DNA of 62,955 bases, filler included, from Atractiella rhizophila (GCA_021432655.1; 9 parts of 9 records of this genome joined end to end with filler, not necessarily neighbours in it); one strand, 5' to 3'; counted from the whole stretch's first letter, positions 47,184 through 59,507 are shown. Notes: generated from the letters alone by a model not told the origin. Translations and numbers: made by a program.

Positions 47184-49346
47184 TTGTCTAAGAACCTCTT
47201 CTCTTTATGATTGGATTTCAGGATATCGAATTGTGTGAAAATGTTGCGAGCTGATCGGTAGGAGGATAGCATCGATTGGTCCTGTAGGTCGAAGGAGAAG
47301 AATGCGGAATGTAACGCCATTATCGTCCTGAAAATCGAGCGCGCTCAGCAAGAAAATACTTGTGCAAGTGTAACTCGTACGCGTTGAGGTTGACGTATGC
47401 TTGATAGTAGTAATGTCTTTCACGCCTCTCAGCTGGTGTCAACTCATCCGACCCAAGTGTGGACAAAGAGGCGAAACGGGTCGGAAAAGCGTTCAAATAG
47501 CTCATGAGCAATCGGTGGGTGGATTGAAACTCGACGCTGAATAGAGCAGATTCAGGGTAGACCCAGGAGGATATAGAAAGAACAGTACTTCTCTCGTGCT
47601 CGCCTCACGTCCTTTGGAGAAGCATCTCTCCACATCCCCTTACTTGCTCCATACTCTAACACAAACCCTATGAGTAAGTTTGAAAATAGAAACCGGAGAA
47701 CTGACTTCGCATGAAAGACATTGTTTTTTCAGATAAAAGAATAATCTTGACGAAAATCTGATGAGCTTCGTAGCCGTCCAATCCATCGGCAAGGTCAAAG
47801 AAGTCGGGGGAGCTCAGGCAGAGTTGATGAGTGGACAGATGTTCCCTTAACACGCTAAAATCTTCCAGCGAGGTGGGAACGCCGGGAGGCAGAGTGGGAG
47901 CAAAGTCTGATGGACGGAGGGCGGAGGGCCAGAGCTTTTTGTGGACGCAAGCATGATCCACTGCCAGAGTGAGCCAGAAGAGCATAGATCTTACTCATGA
48001 CAAACGGGCAAACTCACCGTTAGTTCTTGACGAGAATATTGAGGAAAGTGACCTACCGTTCATATTCCTCTCGTTGGCTCTGTTCCGAGAGCGGGAAGTC
48101 CATTCTTCTCCCAGCTTTAGGCGTATTCAGGCCCAACAGGACGCAAAGCCTCATCGTCATCCCAGAACTTATGATGGCTCGATCGTATAGTCCTTTCGAG
48201 TCCAAAAAGGTAGTCATAACGAGCAGTGACTTTGTTAAATCCACCAACTCCTCCTCCCCAATTTTCATTCCAGGATTGAACGCCGCAGGAGTTATACATC
48301 GCACATGATGCTCCAATAACACCTTCTTCATCCCTGCATCCGCATTGTTTTCTGACCGTCCCCAATAGGTTGGACAGCTCTCCAACATCTTTTCCACCTG
48401 TTCTTCATCTAGCGAATGGGTTCCGACGAGACAAAGAGCATGGAGGAGAGGGAGCGAAGGAACGCTTGACAGTGATGACTGACACCTTAACAGCTGATGG
48501 ATGAATGTTGGAGGATGGATAATGTCGGACAAGAAGACGGCTCGGGTGAACGCGGTCATGGCAAGCGTGAGAGCGACATCTCTAGGTGGGAGGTTACTCG
48601 GCCAATTGGAGTCAGCGGAGGTGGAAAGTGTACGGGAATCAGAATCAGGTGGTGGCGGGGTGTCCTTCCGAGTTGAGACATCTGGTGGTTCTGCGGTGTC
48701 AGAAGGGGCTGCAGCTTTAAGAGCCTCGTACTCCTTCCTGAGGTTTGCTGTCCATCATCACCAGTGAGCTTACGATCTAGAACTAGGCAGGATAGATAAC
48801 GGATAGGGAAAGTGGAGATGAACCAAGTTTTGCGCTCAACATGTACTCCGGCACTCTGCTCGACGGGCTATCGTATTCGCATTGCTCGTTTCCTCTCCGC
48901 GAGCGCTCGCAAGGGCCACCTATTTATCCATTAGCATTAAATCAATGAATAACATCTCAGAATGAAGACACACACGGTACGCTTCCTATCCATCAAGTAG
49001 GCACAGAAGGGCTTCAGCCGAGCAAAAAGGGAACAAGAATGGAGAGACGGACCATCACAGCGGACTTTCTTTTGTCTGCAAGCTACAACCGCAGAGAGTT
49101 AGTAAGTAAACCATCCGACTGCTGTAGGTACTTTCCAACAAGCTTTGAAAAGAAAGGAAGGTGAAGGTGGTGTTGTAATAAAATAGAAGGATAGAGCGAA
49201 CCTCGACAAGCCTCGTACTTAGCCAGACCCTTCCCTTTCGTCACTTCCCCTCCCTTCCTAGACCTGTCGTTGGCGTTTGATGACTCTCTGGCTTGTTCTC
49301 CAGCAAAAAGCTCTTCGACCTCAAAGTCGGACCCAACATTGGACAT
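47184..49346 (-). CDS. Zn(II)2Cys6 transcription factor with a fungal-specific TF middle domain (3' truncated)
   Basis: The spliced cluster reads CRACRQKKVRCDGSVPCGPCERSRRGNEQCEY. Downstream exons read IIHPPTF...LLHALCLVG...LCVLLGLN...EYER|...FWL...D. Confidence 0.8.
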
Positions 49347-50068
49347 TGCAGCTGGGATGTTCTCAATGTGGAAGAACCACTCTGGAATCACTCAGACAGA
49401 AGACGTAGCTGATGGATTAATAGTATCCCAAAAGGACGAAGCTGGGGGTGCAGGCAGAGGTGCGGGAGATGTCATGTTGTTGTGGCCGGCGATGGACGGG
49501 GACGATGACAAAGGAGAAACCCCGTCAAGGCCGGCATGGTAGACTGATTACGCAGGATTACATATGTAGTACAGACAGGATGTTGTCATCCTCCAAAAGG
49601 CTTGATGAACTTGAAAGTGTTCATCCTATGCCGCATAACCCTGCATGGGAGTGGTCTTGCCCGTAGTTTGATTATGTCCATTGATTATTCAGAAGGATAT
49701 GGAACACAGTCAGGTCCTGAAATTACGGATTGAGAGCTTGATGGCGATTGACTGTAAATGTGATTATGGTAGCATAGGATGTGCAGGTTGGCTCAGAGCC
49801 GGAGGAGGAACTGACAGGGAACTGTCAAAGCATTTTCTTGATCTGTTGTAGGCTACACCAATGGATTGAGAGGCTGCTGAAAGTCTATAAACCTGGGCAA
49901 TCGTGAGATATACGGGATGAAGACCAATGAATGAAGACGGATGATTGCAACACCTAAGAATACCTATGGTGACAGCAAAGCGAGCATCCAACGAAAGTCG
50001 AGACATAATAAGGATATGAGGGTATACATGCTGTGGGCTTGAACTTGAAAGCTTGAACTGCAATGATA

Positions 50069-52549
50069 TTAGATGACTTCTTGAAATTTTCCTCTTGTCG
50101 TTGTCCGCGCTACAAAGTGGTGTCAACTACAGAGATTTGTGATGTAGACTACGCACCGCGTTCTATGATTTCAAGACGTTCGTGCTGCAAAGCGTCTCGA
50201 CAGTGGCCACGCTGCCGCTCCAACTCCGTCATAATCTCCATCCTTACAATTGCCGATTCAGCCTTCAGTTTGAGGGAACGATCTCCATTGAAAACTTCGA
50301 ATTGCTTCGGTGCAGGTCAGCTACGAGAATCTACATTCAAAGGAGAGGACGAACAGTATTCGTCTGATCGACTGGCCGTATTGAGATGTCTTCCAATGCT
50401 AGTGGACCCCAATACACCTTCTCCTTCCCATTGTCACGTGGTACTGAGAATAGTAGACAGTCGTTGAAGATGTGGCCCTTCAATTTCCGCCGCGACTTTC
50501 CAGTAACCAGGTGCATCTCCTTCACCAATCGCCGTTTGCCTAATAGGCGTGTCGGTAGGGTAAAGTCCAAAGCCTACAGTCTCTTTCATCGGCAGGAATC
50601 GTCTGGAATGGATGGCACATACTTCAAAACCCTTCTCCCAGAGGAAGGTTCGAGATATTCGAGCAACAGTCTCATCCTCTTCAAGCTCTTTCTTGTCTTC
50701 GTTGATTGAGTTCAGAACCACCTCAGTATGCCTGATAGCTGCCTGTAATCGCTCACGATCGGGATGATCTTCTGGCGTGTAGCGAAAGATGGCTTCGAAT
50801 AGGATTTTATATCTTGTTACACGCTGAAAAGGGGCGAGCTGTATTCCACATGTCAATGGAGACATCGACGGAAGATAATCAGCAGACCAAGTAATGCTCC
50901 AATTTGAGTTGATCCACTGTCAACGTCTGCGGCCACAGGATTAGCAAGGATATGGGAAGTAACAGTCGAGGAAACACACCTCCAATTTCTCTTTGATCAC
51001 CGCATCATTGCGCTTCAGCGTCTCAAGTAACATGGCAGCATTTGCCTGTAATTGTCAGCAAACTCCAATGTGCAGCAATAGAGAGACCAACTTGATTAAC
51101 ACAATAGCCACGGTACACCTCAATACCTTCGATATGATTCTCAATCACATCACCAATCTGCTGAACGTGGAGAGCATCTGCCTTTTGTCTCTCTTCCAAT
51201 TCACTAAGAAAAGATGTGTTGAATAGCAATATCTCGTCTACTCGACCAAAAACTATTTCTGAGACCTCCGCTGGAAGTATCGGACGAAGCTGAACAAAGA
51301 AAACCTGGACAATCTTTTGAACAATGCCCAAGGCAATACTGTAAAGGGAGAACACATACCTCCATGAGCTGCTGGAGACTTCGCAGATAGGTTTGCTCAG
51401 TATTCAGGAGTTCGAAAATGGCTGCAGAAAGAATGTAAGGGAGATGATCTCTGAATGATGGGTCGTACGAACCTTCCTGTCGTTTGCGTTCATCATTTGG
51501 AACAGTTTCCAGAATTTCTGATCCCACACGACTTGACCATGTCGACTACAGCATCATCCGCGAAAGTCAGCTGAGTACTCAGAGATGGAATGGAGAGAAA
51601 CCTCACTCCAAGGGACGACACGCTAGATTCGGAAGTTCTCCTCACTTCGATCGGTGTGATCCTCAACTTGCTCGAGTTCGGAGTCCCCATTGGACTGCCA
51701 GAGTGAGAACTCGAGCCGCTTTTCGATCCAACAGAATTGAACCAGTTCTTGACCTTCGACGAAGACGAGCCCGACGAACTTGGGCGAGTCGGTGTTGGCG
51801 GGAGCTCCTTTAAAAGCTGACGATATTTGGTGTATGCGTTTGCGATCCTTTCCTCCGCACGTTCACCATGCCCCTCCACGGCCTCTTCGACTTCAGTAAG
51901 CTGTATCTCTGGGATCGTGGCTGTGGGCGATGAGGTGAGGGAATCATCTTCGTCGATCTTGCTCCGTTTGCGCTTGATCAAGAATCCACTCGAGGATATG
52001 GACGATATCGAACTTTTTGAGATGGAAGGGGAGATTTGATGAATGCTATCGTCGCTGTGCTTTCGCCGACGGGCAGGCACTCTTTTGGCGAGGTTTCGAA
52101 AGCGGGAAGGCGAGGGGAAAGTCTCATATTTGCTGGGAGGACGGACGAACACAAGATCTTCATCGTCGTCATCGGCCACCACCATAGTTCGTGGACGAAA
52201 GATAATGGCGTGGCCGCCTTCCTCCTCTTTGGATACATCCGACTCTGCAACATCTTCTACAATTTGTTCCTCTTCCGGAGGTTGCTCGTCGACTTCATTT
52301 GGTTCGTCTTCTATCACCACTGTTGTAGGTCGCTCGTCTTTGGGTTTCTCAGGAATCGGTGTGCTATCTCCCGACTAAGTCCAGACAGGGTAGAAGCATC
52401 GGGAATACGGACAGAAAGAAAATGGCAAGTATGATCAGAATCGTCGAAAAGCCTAGGAAATGAAGAGCCTTTCTTGTCTTTCCATAATACCAAGTGAGAC
52501 CGAAACAAAGGACTGAAGTGGTCGCAATCAACAGGAATCGTGCAGGCAT
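50069..52549 (-). CDS. Dbl-family RhoGEF (DH-PH) with long acidic/Ser-rich N-terminus, multi-exon
   Basis: DH domain: ERKRQE|AIFELLNTEQTYLRSL...IVFGRVDEILLFNTSFLSEL...YRGYCVNQ...LEHYL|APFQRVTRYKIL...TPEDHPD. PH domain: LLGKRRLVKE...HIFNDCLLF. The first exon is inferred. Confidence 0.88.
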
Positions 52550-54409
52550 GCTGGTATTTTCTAAGCAAGTATCAGTACAACGGCTTTCGTGTTCATTAAT
52601 GCTTCGTCAAGGAGACAAAATTCGGAATGTCTCTACACCATGTTTCAATGTGCCCTGTTGTCTCTGTATTATTTTCCTATCAAAATCATGGTGTCCTCAC
52701 AGTGTATAGGAGCAATGAAAGTGGTCCCGACGTATTATATTGGAAGCAAAGTGCGCTAATATCCATGCATGAGAACGGAAAGAAACAACCTTCCAAGGTC
52801 TCGCGTCATAGAGGAATTCAGGAGAGCGTATTGCGATGTCAGGAATAACACAAATTGTGCCTTTATCTTTATCAGAAAAGTATACATCTCATGAAGGAAA
52901 GGGGTTGTGGAACGAATGTGACAGCCTATGTTCCATGATATTCTAGTCAAAAGCAGTGAGTTTGGTATCGCATGTCATACGATACGAGATCCCGTTTCAC
53001 AGGACACGACGTCGAAAGTTCCTCACATATTATTCTGACCGAAAGATGCTATGAAGCAGGGGAGAGAATTCAACATTATCAAGAGCAGCCTGTTAATGTG
53101 CTATTTCACTATCTATTGTATCACAGGGGGCAACTGTTCAGCCGACAGTGGTGGCCAATCGAGAGCTCCTCCACGCTGCCACAACAACTTGGGGTAAAGA
53201 GAATGCAGCAGAACGCGTAGACGACTGGGGTCAATACGTGGGCTTTAATATAGAGGCCACATGTTTTCAGAGATGACTGAAAAGTGACGCCGACCCAGCA
53301 CGCCAGCGATCACACAGACACCTTGTTTAGAAGGGAAAACGTACCTGTCTATCACATATACACAACACTTTAAACCAGCCTTTCTTCTCCCAAGACTACC
53401 CTAGCTAAGAGTCTGCTCCTGTTTGAACCTTTTCGAGCTGAAGTGGAGAATGAATGAAATGAAAGAAGTTGCATGCATTTGAGTTTCGGCCTTCCTTTGT
53501 TTGCAAGGGACAACTTCACATTCCTTGTGCACAATTCAATTCTGGTGATTAGCTAGGGACACACGACTGTGGTTAGCGCTTGAAGATATCTGTTATTCTG
53601 GCACACTTGCATGCATAAGAGGCTCGGGACAGTCTATGACAAGACTGAGGAGCTTCTTCTACCTCGCACCAACGTTCCATCATTGCAGGACTTCCATTGA
53701 AATGAGAGGAGTTCAGCATTATTTATTTCTTGCGGTTTTGGGACCAGCTCCACTGACTGGGGAATTGTTGACTTGGAGCAATCATGGGTTTAATTTTGAG
53801 GACGCAGCAAATATACTTTCTCCCAATATTCGCGAACCGGACCGCTATTCTCCCTGATTACCAGTTCCTTTGAACTTGATGAGAAGTACACTTGCTCAGC
53901 TTGAACAGATATTGTCTTGAGCCCTTCTTGGAAGGTTCCTCTTTGCGTCAACTCGTTCCCCGTTAGCGCCGCACAACTTTGGTCCAGCACTTCGGCTTTC
54001 GCGTAGTGTTTTGCTCAAGCGGCCACAACACTGTTTATCCAAGCGATGAACAGATGCTATACCGTGCTGTGGGATAGCTCGTTCACAATCGGGTGTTGGG
54101 AATACTTACACACATCGAAGCCGAGCTACAACAAGCTGTTTGGTTTGGAGAAATCGTCAAGCTTGACTTTGCCCGATCCATTTGTCGGAAAAAAAGCCTT
54201 TCCTTCCTCGTATACTCCATGAAAGGGCGGACTCCGCTATTGCCGTTCGCCTCTGTTTAAGAAGCCTGCCAGCGTCCACATTGTAACGATGGGACACGCA
54301 GAGAAAATACATTCTGGCCAAATCAATCAGGTAGGGATCCCAACCTATTCTTTGTGACTACGCTCGCATCGATTGGTTACTAAGAAAGGTCACTGACAGT
54401 TATACCCTG

Positions 54410-55240
54410 ATGAATCCTTTTGCCCCTGAACTTCTCTCGCATATTCTCAATTACCTCCCACGCCATTCCTTACTCCAGTGCACGCTCGTATCAAGGTCGT
54501 TTTATCAGCTCAGCATTCCACTTCTCCTCCACACCATCACGTTAGACGAATGGTGCCTTGGCGTTCCCTCCTTTTACCAACTCCTCCTCTCGTCTCCGAC
54601 CTCTCGCTCTCTCGTACGAAAACTCGTTGTTCAAGCCGATGGTTTATACGACGGCGGTCTCGAGATTGTGAGGTTATTAGATGTGAGAGATCTGGTGGTA
54701 TTAATGCCAGGTGACGGTGGGAGAAGGAACTTGTCTTTTTCCACGCGCAAAGGATTGCGTAGCCTCACCTTCCGCAACACTTTGGGACCAGGAAAGACAC
54801 GTTACGCCAGGTTCTTCAAAATTTTCCCTCACTTGGAAGACGCCAACGAGACACTCAGAGAATTAAATATCGTTTGTGCGACTCTGGATTTAGAGTATCT
54901 CGATGGCGGTTCGGAAGAGGCGAACTTCTATCATAATTTGCAGATCTTGCGATTAGAGGGATCCCTTTCGGATTTGGAGACGTGCGAGAAAGTCTTCGGT
55001 TCTTCGAGAAGCAGTTTGCGGATTCTCAGCGTTGACGATTGCCTCTACAGAGGAGACGTTTCTGCCCTTTGGACTTTCATCCGCTGGTTCGACGAAATCC
55101 TGGAAGAGCTAAATGTTCACCTGACGTTTCGATCGCGGCACTTTGAACGAAGGCTACATGTAGATACCTTCCGGAGTCTTCGTCAGTACACAATCAAAGA
55201 GAATGCCGCGGATCGTTGGACAACCATAAGCAGGCTTTGA
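54410..55240 (+). CDS. F-box protein with degenerate leucine-rich repeats
   Basis: Intronless 276-aa ORF. The N-terminus FAPELLSHILNYLPRHSLLQCTLVSRSFYQLSIPLL fits the F-box consensus. LxxLxL repeats follow (LRSLTF, LRELNI, LQILRL, LRILSV, LEELNV). Confidence 0.85.
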   Translation: MNPFAPELLSHILNYLPRHSLLQCTLVSRSFYQLSIPLLLHTITLDEWCLGVPSFYQLLLSSPTSRSLVRKLVVQADGLYDGGLEIVRLLDVRDLVVLMPGDGGRRNLSFSTRKGLRSLTFRNTLGPGKTRYARFFKIFPHLEDANETLRELNIVCATLDLEYLDGGSEEANFYHNLQILRLEGSLSDLETCEKVFGSSRSSLRILSVDDCLYRGDVSALWTFIRWFDEILEELNVHLTFRSRHFERRLHVDTFRSLRQYTIKENAADRWTTISRL

Positions 55241-55587
55241 GACAGGTGCCACCTAATTGTTTGTTGTGCTAGAATTTCATCTCATCTAGCTCCTCCTTTT
55301 ACTCGATTGTTACGGCTACGAATAAAATTTAGCGAAAGCAAAGTATATTTCAGCTACAAAATTCGTCCGCAGGGACAAAATATTGACAGAGAATCAAGCA
55401 GCATTCTTTTCTAGCCTATTTATGCACGAAACGAATATTCGGCTTCCATTGTGGAGGATGCTAGATGCAAATGATGGTTTAAAGGATGGGTAAGCCCACA
55501 GGTGAAAAAACGATGGGGAATATTCAGGGCAGAAAATACAAAACTAAACCAAATTGGCCTGTTACGATCTAGTCGTAACAAGGTTGG

Positions 55588-55687
55588 NNNNNNNNNNNNN
55601 NNNNNNNNNNNNNNNNNNNNNNNNNNNNNNNTTAATTAATTAANNNNNNNNNNNNNNNNNNNNNNNNNNNNNNNNNNNNNNNNNNNN
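55588..55687. other. Artificial contig linker
   Basis: N44-TTAATTAATTAA-N44. Confidence 0.97.
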
Positions 55688-55748
55688 CGCGAAGCAAGCC
55701 GAGTATGCAAGCCGCAAGTGCTGAAGTCAGGGATAAAAATGAAGCAGG

Positions 55749-58241
55749 TCAGGATGACACCAATGGCTCTCCCAAAGTTGGTGGCAGCCCTATACTTGCG
55801 AGGAAATCGCCTAAGGTTATGGAAGAATCAAAACTCAAGGTTGACTGAAACTCTTCCTGTTGCTGAGCCTTCAGATTGATCATGGCAAGTTCGATCACGG
55901 AGATGGACTGTGGGATCCAATTGTGGTCCCAAGATTTTTTATAGTCCTCCAGGCCGTCTTTTATCCTGTCATTTGAGTCAACATGAAAGGTAGGTGATCC
56001 GGGATGTAACGAAAAGGGCTTACCATTGGAGTTCTTCGATCTTACGTTCAAGAGTTAGAGGAACGAATGAGCTCGGCACGGTGCTCGAAGATTGAAGTAT
56101 TGGGTCTTCAAGTGGGGCACTGACTAAGAGTTGGATGCCAATGGGGACGTAGTCTTTAAGAAGCGTCAAGCCAAGGTAGCTTCCCGCATTGCCTCCGAGT
56201 TGAACCGTGTCCTATGCAATTCCTTCAGCACGTTTCGCTGAGTGCGTCAAGATTATGAAAAGGCGCACCTTCATGATCTCTGCTAACCAACGACTGCTCT
56301 GAACGCCCATCGTCACAACAAGCGCATAATCCTCTTCCCACTCCTCTCCCTTATTAAGACGTTCAGTCAGGTTAGTGTAAACGATTGCTGCCAGATAAGC
56401 GAAGGAGCTCTTCAAAAAGAGCAGGTAGAATGCAGGTTTGAACACCTTATAACTTGCCGGAAGACGGGCATAGTTCTTCGCAACGAAGGGGAGTGTGGCG
56501 CCGAAGAAATAGAGGCGGGAGAGGAGGGTGGAGAGGTTGGCGCGGGTGAGAGGAGTGCGACGAGCAGCTCGACTGGTGATGTGTGAAGCGATGGCGCGAG
56601 CTATGAATGCGGATTCGCAAAGGTGGGGGAGAGTGATGAGCCAGAAGACGTGGTCGCGACTCATCTGTTCTTTGTCCAATGATTGATGGAATGCTTGTTG
56701 GAACTCCCTTGCCGTTAAATCAGTGACCGTAATGGTGTTTAGGGAAGGGACGCACCCTGAACAGTTTTCAGCTGCGTACTTGAGCAAATCCTCCCATGAC
56801 ATGTCTTGTAACATCACGGCCCTTGTGAGGTCGTTGTATTCATTATGTGGGGAACAAATCTCATAGTACTCTTCTTCAGATCTGATTTGTCGTCAGGAGT
56901 ATCGTTCAAGGAGGCAAGGCAACTCACAATCTAAAAATTATCAGTACTTCCGAGAGTAGAGAGGAAGAGCCACTCACGGTGGGATTGTCCCCAGCCTCGC
57001 GGCGATTAAACTTGTGAAAATCTGACGCGTTGTTATTTGAACAGATTCTAGAGCAGGCACAGAAACCTTACCCAGATATGATAAGCATTTTGTCCTTTTT
57101 CGTCCACCCATTCTAGAGCATCGGCATGTCAGTGAAGCTCCAGTAAGGGGTACCAGACAAACCTTTTGTGGGTGTGCTTTCAAAGTAAATTTTGAGCTGT
57201 TCACATGCCAGCACAGTGTACAGTCGTATATTAGTCGTTTGATCCGGCTCGTCTATCACNNNNNNNNNNNNNNNNNNNNNNNNNNNNNNNNNNNNNNNNN
57301 NNNNNNNNNNNNNNNNNNNNNNNNNNNNNNNNNNNNNNNNNNNNNNNNNNNNNNNNNNNNNNNNNNNNNNNNNNNNNNNNNNNNNNNNNNNNNNNNNNNN
57401 NNNNNNNNNNNNNNNNNNNNNNNNNNNNNNNNNNNNNNNNNNNNNNNNNNNNNNNNNNNNNNNNNNNNNNNNNNNNNNNNNNNNNNNNNNNNNNNNNNNN
57501 NNNNNNNNNNNNNNNNNNNNNNNNNNNNNNNNNNNNNNNNNNNNNNNNNNNNNNNNNNNNNNNNNNNNNNNNNNNNNNNNNNNNNNNNNNNNNNNNNNNN
57601 NNNNNNNNNNNNNNNNNNNNNNNNNNNNNNNNNNNNNNNNNNNNNNNNNNNNNNNNNNNNNNNNNNNNNNNNNNNNNNNNNNNNNNNNNNNNNNNNNNNN
57701 NNNNNNNNNNNNNNNNNNNNNNNNNNNNNNNNNNNNNNNNNNNNNNNNNNNNNNNNNNNNNNNNNNNNNNNNNNNNNNNNNNNNNNNNNNNNNNNNNNNN
57801 NNNNNNNNNNNNNNNNNNNNNNNNNNNNNNNNNNNNNNNNNNNNNNNNNNNNNNNNNNNNNNNNNNNNNNNNNNNNNNNNNNNNNNNNNNNNNNNNNNNN
57901 NNNNNNNNNNNNNNNNNNNNNNNNNNNNNNNNNNNNNNNNNNNNNNNNNNNACTTGATCCTCCGCTTTGCTGGTAACCACCGTTCCCGCTCCAAATTTCT
58001 GCCTAGCCAAGGCGACAACAGCACCATCCCTCCTGTTCTTCCTTCCCCCACCCAGCTTCCTATCGAGGGTACAGTTGATCCCACGCTTCTTGCACTGTCG
58101 ACATTGCTCCTCTAAAGACTCGCTGGGTCGATCGCATCGTATTCGACGCATACGGCACGCGTCGCACGAGGGGAGTTTGACGACGGGTGGACTGAGTCCA
58201 TCTTCTCTGGGCGACGAGGAGCTCGATGCTGAGGATGACAT
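55749..58241 (-). CDS. Zn(II)2Cys6 transcription factor, interrupted by an assembly gap
   Basis: The cluster CDACRMRRIRCDRPSESLEEQCRQCKKRGINC is followed, after the gap, by helical-looking exons at 56212-56817 and 55749-56051 on the same strand. Their continuity with the cluster is inferred. Confidence 0.78.
57260..57951. other. Scaffold gap (692 N)
   Basis: N run without the TTAATTAATTAA core. Confidence 0.97.
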
Positions 58242-58639
58242 TGTTTCTGCTCTGCGCTATCTCGTCGTTCTCTCTCTCTTGCCGTTCTGCAGCGTCGCCT
58301 TTACGAACACGGAAACGGACAGCAATTATGAACGGCCTCATCGGATTCACGGTGCCGACAACGGACGCAGACATGACTCATTCTGCTAATCCGGCCCAGG
58401 TCGAGAACTGTCATGTCCGTGCCCAAATCCAGGGCTGAAATTAACTCCGAACCTGGAACCGATCTCATTATTGGCGCTAGCACCTCCCTTTGTTGGTGCC
58501 TAATTCATTCTGTCCCCAACGACCACGAAGCATTCCTCCCTCGCCACTCGGCGGATCCCCATTCTTCTTACATACCCTCCCCGTCCCACTTATCCCCTCG
58601 CTCGTGAGCGTTTTCCTCCCGTTTTCGGAGCGCGGATTG

Positions 58640-59407
58640 ATGGGGGGTGGGGGCAGAACGAGCGTTGTCAGGAGCATGCGTGAGGAGCCATCGAGGTCGA
58701 TGAAGAAGTCTCTTTGGGGTCCCTCCTGGAGAGGTTATATACCGGATGAGAAATCCGCAAAGATCCTGTGTGTAAGTCACCCTTTTGAATGTTAGAAGTG
58801 ATGATTTGATGTTCTCTTTAGCATGCGGCGATAAAGGGTCATGTCCCGCTTCTCCTGGCTTCCAAAGTCGACAAAATGGAGAAGAAACGTGTCGCTGTGC
58901 CGGGTTGGGTTTGGGTCTTCAATCGTGCCCAATGCAGGAGATGGTACGATACGCTGAAGTGGTACGGATATCCTCACTTTTCGCCTATTTGTCTTCGCTT
59001 GGATTCCAGAATCGCTGACGGCATGCAACCTGGATAGGGAACAAGCTCGCAATTCTGGTCCTTGGTCGATATCCGTCGAGTCTCCCCACAGCTCTTCCAC
59101 CCTGTATTCATTCCCACAACCGCTCATGCGCCTCATGATCACTTTTTCCATCCCTTCCCTCACCACCGAACCGACCTTCATCACGATGGTTCAATACCAG
59201 TACCGCTCCGGGGAAGGTCTGCCCTTACGTCGCGTAGCCGATGACCCGGCCTTAAAAGTCTTTCACCAGCGATATGGCGAGTGGGAGAATCAGTACATTA
59301 CCAAGTGTCAGAACGGGCAGACGACTCAGGTCAGCGTGAAAGACGGAGCTTCAAAATCACGCTCAGGGACCACGAATGAAGAGGACGAATGGATAGGCAC
59401 CTCCACG
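58640..59407 (+). CDS. Divergent Gti1/Pac2 (WOPR, Wor1-like) domain protein, spliced, 3' truncated
   Basis: With introns 58772-58821 and 58962-59037 the read is PSWRGYIPDEKSAKILC|HAAIKGHVPLL...EKKRVAVPGWVWVFNRAQCRRWYDTLKW|EQARNSGPWSISVE...LMRLMITFSI...ITMVQYQY...LRRVADDPAL. This aligns by eye, block by block, to WOPRa and WOPRb. Confidence 0.72.
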
Positions 59408-59507
59408 NNNNNNNNNNNNNNNNNNNNNNNNNNNNNNNNNNNNNNNNNNNNTTAATTAATTAANNNNNNNNNNNNNNNNNNNNNNNNNNNNNNNNNNNNN
59501 NNNNNNN
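59408..59507. other. Artificial contig linker
   Basis: N44-TTAATTAATTAA-N44. Confidence 0.97.

Noticed and set aside
52600..54400. Short ORFs between the RhoGEF and the F-box gene
   Set aside because: No family similarity was recognisable and all frames have frequent stops. It could be a decayed gene, but this is unsupported.
55558..55587. AGTCGTAACAAGGTT matches the conserved 3' motif of SSU rRNA (ITS5/1492 primer site). It also forms a hairpin TGTTACGA-TCTAG-TCGTAACA resembling LTR termini.
   Set aside because: Only about 15 nt match, the flanks are not rRNA-like, and the contig ends immediately. Neither an rRNA nor an LTR can be supported.
57113..58084. Long ORFs of 245-336 aa in the ORF track spanning this region
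   Set aside because: Their length comes from translating through the N gap.
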